Assembly (NCBI RefSeq): GCF_000299365.1
Contig: NC_018655.1
Location: forward strand, 1,230,001-1,262,000
DNA from: Candidatus Nitrosopumilus koreensis AR1
Lineage (GTDB): Archaea; Thermoproteota; Nitrososphaeria; Nitrososphaerales; Nitrosopumilaceae
Direction: 5' to 3'
Length of the DNA: 32,000 bases
Shown piece by piece: positions 1-9,159 of the stretch (the first letter of the stretch is position 1; each line of letters begins with the position of its first letter). The notes under the pieces were generated by a model. The model saw only the letters and a list, made by a program, of their open reading frames with translations, was not told the origin of the DNA and searched no databases. The position numbers and the translations under genes are program-made.

Positions 1-82
1 TCTCAAAATGCATCAAAGTTTGTTCCATAATAGAATTTTAGATTTGAAAGATATTCATTTCAGTATACAGAGACGATAGATA

Positions 83-775
83 ATGGGTTTAGGAAGTAAT
101 TATTGGGGCGAAGTAATAGAGGTACTTCGTGAAATCATTCCAGTTTATGACAAGGTTAATTCAATTATTTCATTAGGAAAAGATGTAGAGCATCGTAATC
201 GTGGAATTTCACAAAGAGTTTTTCCAGGAAATAAAATACTAGACGCAGGTTCAGGCTTTGGCAACATGTCAAAGACAGCATTGAAGCTTACTGATGGTAA
301 AATTTCAGTTACACTTTATGATCCACTAGTTCCGATGTTAAAAAATACAGGTTCCCATTTTGAAAAAACACCTGACATGGCAAATGGTGTTTTTGAACAT
401 ATTCCATTTAAAGACGAAGAATTTGATGCAGTACTATGCGGTTATTCTTTACGAGACGCAATAAATTTGAGAATTGCAATTTCTGAAATCCACAGGGTCT
501 TGAAAAAAGAAGGACGGTTTGTTATTGTAGATTTGGGAAAGCCCGATAGTGCATTCATCAGAGCAGGAGTTGCATTTTATCTTAGATGTATTTTACCAAT
601 CCTTGCATTTACTGCAGGAGGTAAGCTTGGATTAAAATTTGGAACGCTCTATGGAACTTTCAAGAGATGGCCTCAAAATAAAAAGCTGGAAGGCTTGCTG
701 TTAGAGAAATTCTCCAGGGTAGAATTTGAGAAAGACCTTATGGGTGGAGCAATCATGGTTGCAGCATACAAATGA
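83..775 (+). CDS. Class I SAM-dependent methyltransferase, UbiE/MenG (demethylmenaquinone methyltransferase)-like
   Basis: 230-aa ORF. YDKVNSIISLGKDVEHR resembles the UbiE/COQ5 N-terminal signature and LDAGSGFGN is SAM-binding motif I. ATGA stop/start overlap with the next gene. Confidence 0.75.
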   Translation: MGLGSNYWGEVIEVLREIIPVYDKVNSIISLGKDVEHRNRGISQRVFPGNKILDAGSGFGNMSKTALKLTDGKISVTLYDPLVPMLKNTGSHFEKTPDMANGVFEHIPFKDEEFDAVLCGYSLRDAINLRIAISEIHRVLKKEGRFVIVDLGKPDSAFIRAGVAFYLRCILPILAFTAGGKLGLKFGTLYGTFKRWPQNKKLEGLLLEKFSRVEFEKDLMGGAIMVAAYK

Positions 776-1926
776 ACAAAGTTCTGATTCTAGTAAACAT
801 CACTGGACTAATCATTGGGATTTCGTATGGACTACACGGACCAATCCTTCCAGTGTTTGCAAAAAACATCATAGGTGCATCATACTCTGAATTAGGGTTT
901 ATCGGATTAGCTAATTTCATCCCCTACATGTTTATTCCATTATTTGTAGGGATTCTTCTTGATAGGTTTAACAACGGATACCTTTTAGCATTAGGTGCTG
1001 CGATAAATTCTGCATCAATTTACCTACTATCAATTGCACAATCAGTTCCAGAAATCATGGGATTTAGGATAATGACAGGTGTGGCTCATGCATTTTTTTG
1101 GCCTCCATGTGAATCAATCATATCAAATGAGAGTTCTGAGAAAAACAGAGTAAGAAACATTTCATGGTTTACAATGTTTTTTGTCATTGGGTTCATGGTA
1201 GGACCACTGCTTGGAACCGTATTTTTAGAGGGACTAGACATAACATACAGAATTCTATTTCAGATTACTGCATTTATTCTGGCTACTGCATTGATTTCTG
1301 CAATTCTTGTCTCAAGAAAAAGTGTTAGAAATCATCACGAGCATTTTTCATTTTCATCAATCAAAGAGATGAAGAGGTTTCCAGAAGCCATAGTCTTGTT
1401 GCTTTTTTGCACATCATCATTTGGCATAGTTCTGACAATCTATCCAGCATTTCTAAATGATAATGGAATGACAGATACTGACATTTTGTTACTATTTTTT
1501 ATTTTTGGAATTTCGCGGGTAGTGTCACTAGCATTAGCAGGAAAGCTTGCAAGAAAAACTAGTCATACCTTGATTGCTGCAGTATCTGCAATATCAATAG
1601 GACTTGCAATTTCGGCTGTTGCAGATTCCATCGTGGGATTTGCAGTGGCATTAGTACTGATGGGATTCGGGTTTAGTATATTTTTCCCACTTACTTTGGA
1701 GATAGTTTTGAGTAGGACCAAAAAAGGAATATCAGGAAAAATTATTGGTGCATATGAAACAGTTTTTGGGATGGGTTGGGTAATAGGACCAACAATCGGA
1801 GGTCCAATAACACAATCTCTCGGAGCCAACACACCATACTTGATATTTTGTGTTATAGGGGTTGGAGTAGCACTGCTTGCAACAATATCAAGAAAGAAAT
1901 TAGAACCTCAAAGGACCGTGTATTAG
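772..1926 (+). CDS. MFS-type membrane transporter
   Basis: 384-aa ORF, hydrophobic throughout with about 12 predicted helices in two halves separated by a charged loop (RKSVRNHHEHF). LDRFN-like motif after TM2. Confidence 0.7.
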   Translation: MNKVLILVNITGLIIGISYGLHGPILPVFAKNIIGASYSELGFIGLANFIPYMFIPLFVGILLDRFNNGYLLALGAAINSASIYLLSIAQSVPEIMGFRIMTGVAHAFFWPPCESIISNESSEKNRVRNISWFTMFFVIGFMVGPLLGTVFLEGLDITYRILFQITAFILATALISAILVSRKSVRNHHEHFSFSSIKEMKRFPEAIVLLLFCTSSFGIVLTIYPAFLNDNGMTDTDILLLFFIFGISRVVSLALAGKLARKTSHTLIAAVSAISIGLAISAVADSIVGFAVALVLMGFGFSIFFPLTLEIVLSRTKKGISGKIIGAYETVFGMGWVIGPTIGGPITQSLGANTPYLIFCVIGVGVALLATISRKKLEPQRTVY

Positions 1927-2237
1927 ATATCCATTGTTCCACGTTTCTTAGTACAGATATCTAGTGCATCAACTACTTCTGTAACAAAGACTTTACCGTC
2001 ACCTTTAGTTCCGGTACATGCTACATTGGCAATTGCATTAATTATTTCATCTACTTTAGGATCATCAACTACACAGATTATCATTTCTCTGCTAAAGAAT
2101 TCTCCAACTAAAGGAGGATCTTGTGAACCTTGACCCTGAACTTGATGAACAGTTACACCACCAACACCAATTTTTTTGATTGCAGCAATAACTGCATCTT
2201 TCTTTCCAGATGGAACTATTGTTTCAATTTTCTTCAT
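1923..2237 (-). CDS. P-II family signal-transduction protein
   Basis: 104-aa ORF. MKKIETIVP...GVGGVTVHQVQGQG...GDGKVFVTEV follows the GlnB/P-II fold pattern (T-loop region and C-terminal GDGKIF motif). Confidence 0.75.
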   Translation of the reverse strand: MKKIETIVPSGKKDAVIAAIKKIGVGGVTVHQVQGQGSQDPPLVGEFFSREMIICVVDDPKVDEIINAIANVACTGTKGDGKVFVTEVVDALDICTKKRGTMDI

Positions 2238-2364
2238 AAATGTAAACTGTTTTGAATTTATTTAAATCAATAACTACTTCTCATTCGTGATATTGAGAAA
2301 AAATTGAAGATATAGGCATAAACACAGACATTACGTTTAATTTCAAATTAAGGTACACAAGAAT

Positions 2365-2712
2365 ATGATAGATCATTTGCTAAACATAGGAGGTAGTGAA
2401 TGGATAATCATAATTTTTGTTGCGCTAGTTTTGATTTTAGGTACAGGAAAACTTCCAGGTGCAGCAAGAAAACTTGGAAAAGCAGTTAACGAATACAACA
2501 AGGCAAAAAACGATATTCAAGAAAGCATGAAAGAAGTTACAGAGGAGACACCAAAGATTTCAGGACCAGTAGAATCAGAGAGACAAAAACTAGAGACAAT
2601 TGCAAAATCAATAGGAGTCAAAACAGAAGGTAAAACAGATGATGAGTTAAGAAAAATCATTTCAAATAAAATTGGCCAAAAGAAGATAGATGAGCCAGAA
2701 AACAACCAATAA
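2365..2712 (+). CDS. tatA: Twin-arginine translocase subunit TatA/E
   Basis: One N-terminal TM helix (WIIIIFVALVLILGTGKLP), then an amphipathic helix (AARKLGKAVNEYNKAK) and a charged tail, the typical TatA layout. Confidence 0.75.
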   Translation: MIDHLLNIGGSEWIIIIFVALVLILGTGKLPGAARKLGKAVNEYNKAKNDIQESMKEVTEETPKISGPVESERQKLETIAKSIGVKTEGKTDDELRKIISNKIGQKKIDEPENNQ

Positions 2713-3507
2713 CTATTTTGATTTTTTAATTCGATACAAATCTTTGTCTAGTCGTTTTTTTGCAAATTTGTAATAATCAGGAACAATTTCAAATCCAAGA
2801 AATCTTCTGTTAAGCGATTTACTCACAACAGCAACTTGCCCTGAACCAAGAAAAGGATCTAATACAATGTCTTTTTTTTCACTAGAATATTCCAAGAGTT
2901 TTTGTATTAATTCTGAAGGAAGTTTTGTTGGTGTTTTTTCATCACCAGTCCAATATTCTCGTTTGATATCCCATACATCCTCCTTGTCCTTATAATGAAG
3001 ACTACGCCCATCTTTTGTTTTATCTTCCTTTTTGAACCTAGAAAATGGAAAGAATTTCCGTTTTTTATCATCTTTGCAAACATAGATACAATGATAGTGA
3101 GATGTAACAAATTTCCTTTTAGTTACCACGCCAAACTGGTATTTCCAAATGATGTGGTTAATGGTAATAAAACCAACATCATCTAATGCTTGTAAAATAT
3201 CCTTCAAATTGTTCCATCCTGAGAAAACATACATGCTTCCCGAATCCTTTAGAATTCGAAAAATCTCACTCATCCACATAAATGTAAAATCATAGTAATC
3301 TTCAGGTTTGATTTCATTGTATCCAGATATAACACGAGAGGATGTCCTGTTGTAATTTGCTTTTTTTGCCTTGAAATTTATGGCAAAAGGTGGATCAGTA
3401 ATAACTAGATCAATCTTGTTTTTAGGAATAGATTTCATTCCTTCTATACAGTTTTGATTGTAAATTTTGTTAATCTCAATTTTTTTCAATTTTAAGTTCA
3501 AGACCAT
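2713..3507 (-). CDS. DNA methyltransferase, beta-class N6-adenine/N4-cytosine type (orphan, no nuclease seen)
   Basis: 264-aa ORF. Catalytic motif IV DPPF (VITDPPFAINF) is near the N-terminus and SAM motif I (VLDPFLGSGQ) near the C-terminus, the beta-class order. Confidence 0.85.
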   Translation of the reverse strand: MVLNLKLKKIEINKIYNQNCIEGMKSIPKNKIDLVITDPPFAINFKAKKANYNRTSSRVISGYNEIKPEDYYDFTFMWMSEIFRILKDSGSMYVFSGWNNLKDILQALDDVGFITINHIIWKYQFGVVTKRKFVTSHYHCIYVCKDDKKRKFFPFSRFKKEDKTKDGRSLHYKDKEDVWDIKREYWTGDEKTPTKLPSELIQKLLEYSSEKKDIVLDPFLGSGQVAVVSKSLNRRFLGFEIVPDYYKFAKKRLDKDLYRIKKSK

Positions 3508-3583
3508 ACTCTAGCATAATAATGTCATGGGTAAATTCTATGAAGTAACAATAAATCACTAATCATTTCTTAGCAAATAGATC

Positions 3584-6093
3584 TTGAAACTATCATGTCC
3601 CAAATGCAAGTCCAAAATAGAGATTCAAAAGACTTTCAATAAAAAAATGCATGTATCTTGTGGAAATTGTGGAATAGAAGACCTGCTAGAATTTTCAAAA
3701 AACATAGACGAGGTGTTTTTAGAGTTTCTTTCAAGATACGACAAGGGCTTAGTAGTTGAAAATGGATTGTCTGAAGGTCTCAAAAATGAAGGAATTGTAC
3801 GTGATGAAAGCGAAATTAGAGATATGATTGGCAAAAACAAACCAGACAAAATAACTGAAGAAATTTTATTTTCAAAAAAAGATTATGTCTCGCAATACAA
3901 AGTTTTGAGCAATCCTGAGCCCAAGATGGGCTCTAAAGTAGAAGATTTAGGGTTAGATGAGGCAATTACCAAACACCTCAAGGAATTAGGAATTAATCAA
4001 TTTTACAAATTTCAAGAAGAGGCAATCATGGAAATTGCATATGGGGAAAATATTGTCATTGAAGCACCTACTGCTTCAGGAAAAACAGAGGCATTTTTAA
4101 TTCCAGTTATTCAAAAAATTAAAAAAATACAAGTGATGGCAAGGTCTTTGCAATTTTTGTTTATCCAACAAAGGCACTTGCAAGAGATCAGTTTCCAAAG
4201 ATCAAAAAATTTGCAGAAAAAATTGGAATTAACGTAAAGGTGTTTGACGGAGATACAAAGATTACAGAAAGAAGAGACATCATAGACAATCCTCCACACA
4301 TTCTTGTAACAAACTTTGATGTTTTACATTATCACATGTGGCATCAAACGAAATTTTCATCAATACTCAGTTCCACAAGAATTTTGGTAACAGATGAAGC
4401 ACATGTGTATTCAGGTATTTTTGGCTCTAATGTACACTACATCATAAAAAGGCTCAAAAGAATTTGCACAAACAAACTGCAGTTTGTAGCCGCATCAGCC
4501 ACACTAGATGATGCCAAAGGATTCTGTGAGAAACTGTTTGGAGAAAAAATGCAAAAAATTCAAGGCTCTGGAAAAAAAGGCCAAACAGACTTTGCAATGT
4601 TGTTTCCATCACTTCGGACACAAAGATCACTGATGGTTGAATTGACAAAAAAGCTTACTCAAAAAAATCACAAAACTATGGTCTTTAATAACTCACATCT
4701 AAATTCTGAATTACTAGCTATTCAAGCCAAAAAACAAAAAGTCAACATCAAGGTTCACAGGGCCGGATTAATGGCAAATTATCGAACATTTGTTGAAAAA
4801 CAGTTCAAAGAAGACATGCTTGATGCAATTTCATGCACACCTACTCTTGAATTGGGCATAGATGTAGGAAATGTTGATTGTGTGATATCATCAACCATAC
4901 CAGTAAATCGACTTATTCAGAGAATAGGTAGGGCTGCAAGAAAGGGACAGAAAGGATATGCGTTTTTGACATTAGGAAATGATCCAATTTCACAATACTA
5001 CAAAAATCACCCTGATGACTATTTTGAGGATGTAGAGAAAACATACATCGATCCCAAAAATCCCTTTGTAGAAGAATTTCAAGTGTTGGCAATGGCTTGT
5101 GACAGACCAATATCAAAACATGAGCTCAAAGAACACCAAGAAGTAATAGAGCACCACATCATCAAAGGAACACTAAAAGAATTCAACAATAGAATAATTC
5201 CAAATTTTGACAAAATTAATTCTATTCTCAACGAATACAGCATAAGAGGAATAGGAAAATCAGTAGACATTTTCTTAAATAACAAAAAAGTAGGAGATAG
5301 AATTCTGCCAATCGCACTAGAAGAACTGCATAAAGATGCAATCTATTTTCTAGCAGGAATTAGATACAAAGTAAAAGAGTTTGACTATCCAGAAAAAAAT
5401 TATGCAAAGATTGAGAAAATTCCCAGAGATTATCCATACTATACAAAGGCATTAACTGAAGAGTGGCCCACAATTGAAACAGTTTTTGAGAAAAGAGAAG
5501 CAGGTGGAGTTGAAGTTGCATTTTGTAAATTACATATTGAGAAAAAAGTATATGGATATGTCAATATCGAACTTGGACAAGAAGTAGCTCAAGGAGAAAA
5601 AGTTCTACTAGAAAATCCACTAGAATATAATTTCGTTACAAAGGGAATTGTATTTCATGCACCAAGACCTCTCAAAGTAATAGAAGAGTCTGAAGATGAA
5701 GAATACACAGAGGCAAGCGGATATCATGCAACTGAACATGTGGTAATTGAAGGAAGCAATATGATCACAGGAGGGGCATCTCAAGACTTGGGCGGCATAT
5801 CACTAGGCACATCAGGCTTGATTTTCATTTATGATGGAGCAATTGGCGGAAGTGGTGCAAGCAAAGCACTCTATGACAGATTTGAGAAAGCACTTGAAAG
5901 AAGTATGTTTATTGTAAAGGAATGTCCATGCAAAAACGAAGCAGGCTGTCCTCGATGTACGTTCTCATACAGATGTGGAAACAACAATGAGTACTTGCAC
6001 AAATATTCTTCTTTAGAAATTTTGGAGAGAATTAACAATGGTGAAAAAACACAACTAATTGATCCTACAGAAGGAGACAGGCCTCTTGTTTGA
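3584..6093 (+). pseudogene. DEXH helicase with N-terminal Zn-ribbon and C-terminal DUF1998/MZB Zn domain (MrfA/YprA-like), split by a 1-nt frameshift in an A7 run
   Basis: ORFs 3584-4237 and 4240-6093. Motif I APTASGKTEAF is in frame 1. Motif Ia VYPTKALARDQ is read only in the second frame from 4123 on. DEAH (VTDEAH) and the C-terminal CPCKNEAGCPRC...C cluster follow. The frames join if A7 at 4121-4127 is read as A8. TTG start is needed to keep the CPKC...CGNC ribbon. Confidence 0.85.
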
Positions 6094-6132
6094 ATCAAAA
6101 TGGGATAAATATAACAGAAAATTATAATCATC

Positions 6133-6963
6133 ATGGAAAAAGTAGCTCTAGTTACCGGGAGTTCTTCTGGAATTGGATTAGAGACGGCATTAGCACTTGC
6201 AAAAGATGGATATCATACATTTGCAAGTATGAGGGATGTATCAAAAGCAGGTGAATTAGAAAACGCTGCAAAAAAAGAAAATCTTCCAATTGAAGTGATA
6301 GAGCTTGACGTTGATAAAGAAGAATCTATCACATCAGCTGTTAAAAAAGTAATTGAAGATGCTGGAAGATTAGATGTTTTAGTAAATAATGCAGGATATG
6401 GACAATTTGGATGTACAGAAGATGTTTCAGTAGATGACTTTAGAAAACAGTTTGAAACTAATTTCTTTAGCGTTGTAAGAATCATTCAAGAGGTTGCACC
6501 AATTATGAGAAATCAAAATTCAGGAATTATTGTAAACATTAGTTCAGTAGCTGGAAGAATGGGATTACCAGGATCTCCTGCATATATCAGTTCAAAGTTT
6601 GCATTAGAAGGATTAGGCGAATGTTTACGATATGAGCTTGGTCAATTTGGAATCAAGACAACCCTAATTGAGCCAGGTGTAATCAAGACAAACTTTTTTG
6701 AATCAATGAGAGTTCCAGATTCAAAATCAGATCCAAAATACAAAGAGTTGACAGACCACATTCTTTCAGGACTAAAAATGATGGTTCAGATGGGAACTGC
6801 GCCATCACAGGTAGCAGAAGTGATCATCAAGGCGATTCATGATGATGAGATGCTTCCAAGATATGTTGTTGGGACAGACGCTGCCATGTTTATGGAGGCA
6901 AAAAAAATGAAAACAGACTTGGAATTTGAGAAATATATGAGCAAAGAATTATTTCCAAGTTAA
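6133..6963 (+). CDS. Short-chain dehydrogenase/reductase (SDR)
   Basis: TGSSSGIG cofactor motif, NNAG, and catalytic S...YxxxK (YISSK). Confidence 0.9.
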   Translation: MEKVALVTGSSSGIGLETALALAKDGYHTFASMRDVSKAGELENAAKKENLPIEVIELDVDKEESITSAVKKVIEDAGRLDVLVNNAGYGQFGCTEDVSVDDFRKQFETNFFSVVRIIQEVAPIMRNQNSGIIVNISSVAGRMGLPGSPAYISSKFALEGLGECLRYELGQFGIKTTLIEPGVIKTNFFESMRVPDSKSDPKYKELTDHILSGLKMMVQMGTAPSQVAEVIIKAIHDDEMLPRYVVGTDAAMFMEAKKMKTDLEFEKYMSKELFPS

Positions 6964-7055
6964 AATATTTGAGTCACTGAATTTTACAAAAAACATGTCA
7001 ACTAAACATTTTTGATTCTAATGGAAAGACAAAACATAGAGTCTAAGAAGACTTT

Positions 7056-7877
7056 TCAGATTTGACAGATGACTTCACTTGATGTCCCACCATCATAAAG
7101 ATGAATTATTGCATCAATAGTACAATCAGAGATATAAGGAAAATCAGTTTCAATAGAGGGATACATAAGATCTTCAGGCGCTGTAGAATGCGCAAGACCA
7201 AATGCATGTCCAAGTTCATGACGCAATATTGTTTTAAATTGAGAATCAGAAAGATTATCTGTTTCAAAAATTACTATATGTGATTTTAAAATTTGGTTTT
7301 GTGTATCATCGGTTATTGATTTGGTCCAACCGGAATACCCATCACCATTTCTGAAATTAGAGAGTTCAATTGTAATATCACCTTCACCATTTTTTGAATT
7401 TATCAATTCAATGTTTATAGGAATAAACAATTCAGTATCTTGCTTTTCTGAAGCTGCTTCTAGTGCACCTTTCCATCCAAGATAATACGTAGACATAGTA
7501 CCCTCAGGTCCTTTATGTAGTAATGAGTTGTCAATTTCAATTGTTTCGCCTGACAAGAGGACGGATTTTATTAATTCAATTTTTTCAGAATGCTTTTCAC
7601 CATTAAGTATATTGACATATAGCGTATCACCATCTACCAACCTCCAAGAGAGATGAGTGTCAATTGTGTCTCCTTTCAAATTTTGAATGAAATATCCCGT
7701 ATTTGTCAATGAATTCAATTCAACTTGGTGTTCTTCACCAACCACGGATGTGAAAAATAATGAAGAAAGTATCAGCACTCCAGATAAAATGGATGTAATT
7801 AAAACAAGATTCTTTTTAAATACGTTGTTTTTTTTTCCATGATTTGTTTCGTCAAGAAACAGAATTATCTTTGTCAA
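7056..7877 (-). CDS. Membrane-anchored or secreted metzincin zinc protease (matrixin/M10-like)
   Basis: HELGHAFGLAHS (HExxHxxGxxH) followed by a Met-turn (LMYP). N-terminal hydrophobic anchor LVLITSILSGVLILSSLFF. Confidence 0.8.
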   Translation of the reverse strand: MTKIILFLDETNHGKKNNVFKKNLVLITSILSGVLILSSLFFTSVVGEEHQVELNSLTNTGYFIQNLKGDTIDTHLSWRLVDGDTLYVNILNGEKHSEKIELIKSVLLSGETIEIDNSLLHKGPEGTMSTYYLGWKGALEAASEKQDTELFIPINIELINSKNGEGDITIELSNFRNGDGYSGWTKSITDDTQNQILKSHIVIFETDNLSDSQFKTILRHELGHAFGLAHSTAPEDLMYPSIETDFPYISDCTIDAIIHLYDGGTSSEVICQI

Positions 7878-7922
7878 TTCACTCCCTCTCGCACCTTATG
7901 AATTACTTATTTAATATAACAT

Positions 7923-8753
7923 ATGATCAAGTTATGGAGGGGTAAATTGGAAATAAAATATAATGGAAATTTAACATATTACAAATACACACTAATCAAA
8001 AAATGGGACAAAAATTTTAAGAATAACAAAAGAAGAAACTTAAAGTTTGTAAATGAAGTGTTGACATTATTTTGTTTTAATAATGAATTAACATCTTGGG
8101 AAGCAGCAAAAAAAATTTCAAAGAAGAATTTTGAATCAATTAATAAAAATGAAAAAAAAATAAAGAGATTATTTGTAGGACGGATGGATAATGGGACAAA
8201 ATATGAAGGGTTATTACAAAACGAAATTATAATTAACATTAAAAATAAAAAAAATAACAAATATAGAATTTCTTTGTTTGGGTTGTTGTATTGTTTAACA
8301 TATTTGAAGCTGACCAATAAAGAGATTGATAACATAGCAAAAATGCATCAAAAACTACTCCCAAAAATTTTTAGTCGTTGGGATGAAATGAAAGAAAAGG
8401 GAGATGAATGTTACAGATTACGATTGTTATCAAGAGGGCTACTACTAGATCGATTTGACATGATTAATGATAGAAAATTTCCAACGATGGAAATGTTATT
8501 TTATTTACATATGAAATTTTTAAAATATTCAGAAATGTGTCATGAAAAGGATTTGGCAGAGGAGATATCATATTGGTTTTATATCACATATTTTTATTCA
8601 AAAAGATCATATTCAATTCAAGAAAAAAATAACTTTAAAAAAATTCTTAACAAAAATCCGTCAATAAATACATGGTTCAAAAAATTTTTGTTCGAAACCA
8701 AAAAATATTTTAAAAAAAGTAACACAATATTGGTTAAAAATGAATGGGTTTAA
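7923..8753 (+). CDS. Hypothetical Lys/Asn-rich protein, no recognisable domain
   Basis: 276-aa ORF, visibly more AT-rich than its neighbours. Ends about 25 nt before the receiver gene start on the same strand. Confidence 0.5.
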   Translation: MIKLWRGKLEIKYNGNLTYYKYTLIKKWDKNFKNNKRRNLKFVNEVLTLFCFNNELTSWEAAKKISKKNFESINKNEKKIKRLFVGRMDNGTKYEGLLQNEIIINIKNKKNNKYRISLFGLLYCLTYLKLTNKEIDNIAKMHQKLLPKIFSRWDEMKEKGDECYRLRLLSRGLLLDRFDMINDRKFPTMEMLFYLHMKFLKYSEMCHEKDLAEEISYWFYITYFYSKRSYSIQEKNNFKKILNKNPSINTWFKKFLFETKKYFKKSNTILVKNEWV

Positions 8754-8777
8754 GAGCAATAGAGGGTATTGAAAGGT

Positions 8778-9155
8778 ATGAGTTTAAAAAAGAAAGTTTT
8801 GGTTATTGACGATGATAAAGAAGTGTTAGAAACCACTTCAGCTATGATAGAAATGTTTGGGTATGATACAATTCAGGCAGAGAATGGATTTGATGGAATT
8901 GAGAAATTAATAGAAAAACCAGATCTGGTGTTAATGGATGGAAGAATGCCAGGTATGGATGGATATGAGACATTTAAAAAAATGAGGGAAAACGATGCAA
9001 GAATCAACGTTATTTTTATGACTGCGTATAAAGACGACGAAAAGTGGAAAGAAGCAAAAAAAAATTGTGCCATATATAATATTCAGAAGCCTTTTGAGCC
9101 AAAATTTTTAGAAGAATTAATCAAAAGACACGTAAATCAAATTACAAATTGTTAG
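8778..9155 (+). CDS. Single-domain response regulator (CheY-like receiver)
   Basis: VLVIDDD...LVLMDGRMPGMDG...MTAYKD gives the acidic pocket, phospho-acceptor Asp, and T and K residues. ATG at 8778 is preferred over the TTG at 8769. No output domain. Confidence 0.85.
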   Translation: MSLKKKVLVIDDDKEVLETTSAMIEMFGYDTIQAENGFDGIEKLIEKPDLVLMDGRMPGMDGYETFKKMRENDARINVIFMTAYKDDEKWKEAKKNCAIYNIQKPFEPKFLEELIKRHVNQITNC

Positions 9156-9159
9156 AAAA

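Noticed and set aside
1563-1832. Antisense or overlapping ORFs inside long genes (also 2517-2705, 7979-8335, 9686-9973, 11782-12271, 15361-15642, 21788-21976, 26338-26532 and similar)
   Set aside because: All lie within better-supported genes on the opposite strand or in another frame. They have low-complexity composition and no motifs, as expected for shadow ORFs in AT-rich DNA.
2713-6093. Calling the methylase and helicase pair a DISARM system
   Set aside because: The defining partners (PLD-nuclease DrmC, separate DUF1998 DrmB, SNF2 DrmD) are absent. The helicase architecture equally fits the MrfA/YprA repair helicase. It is kept only as a question in the findings.
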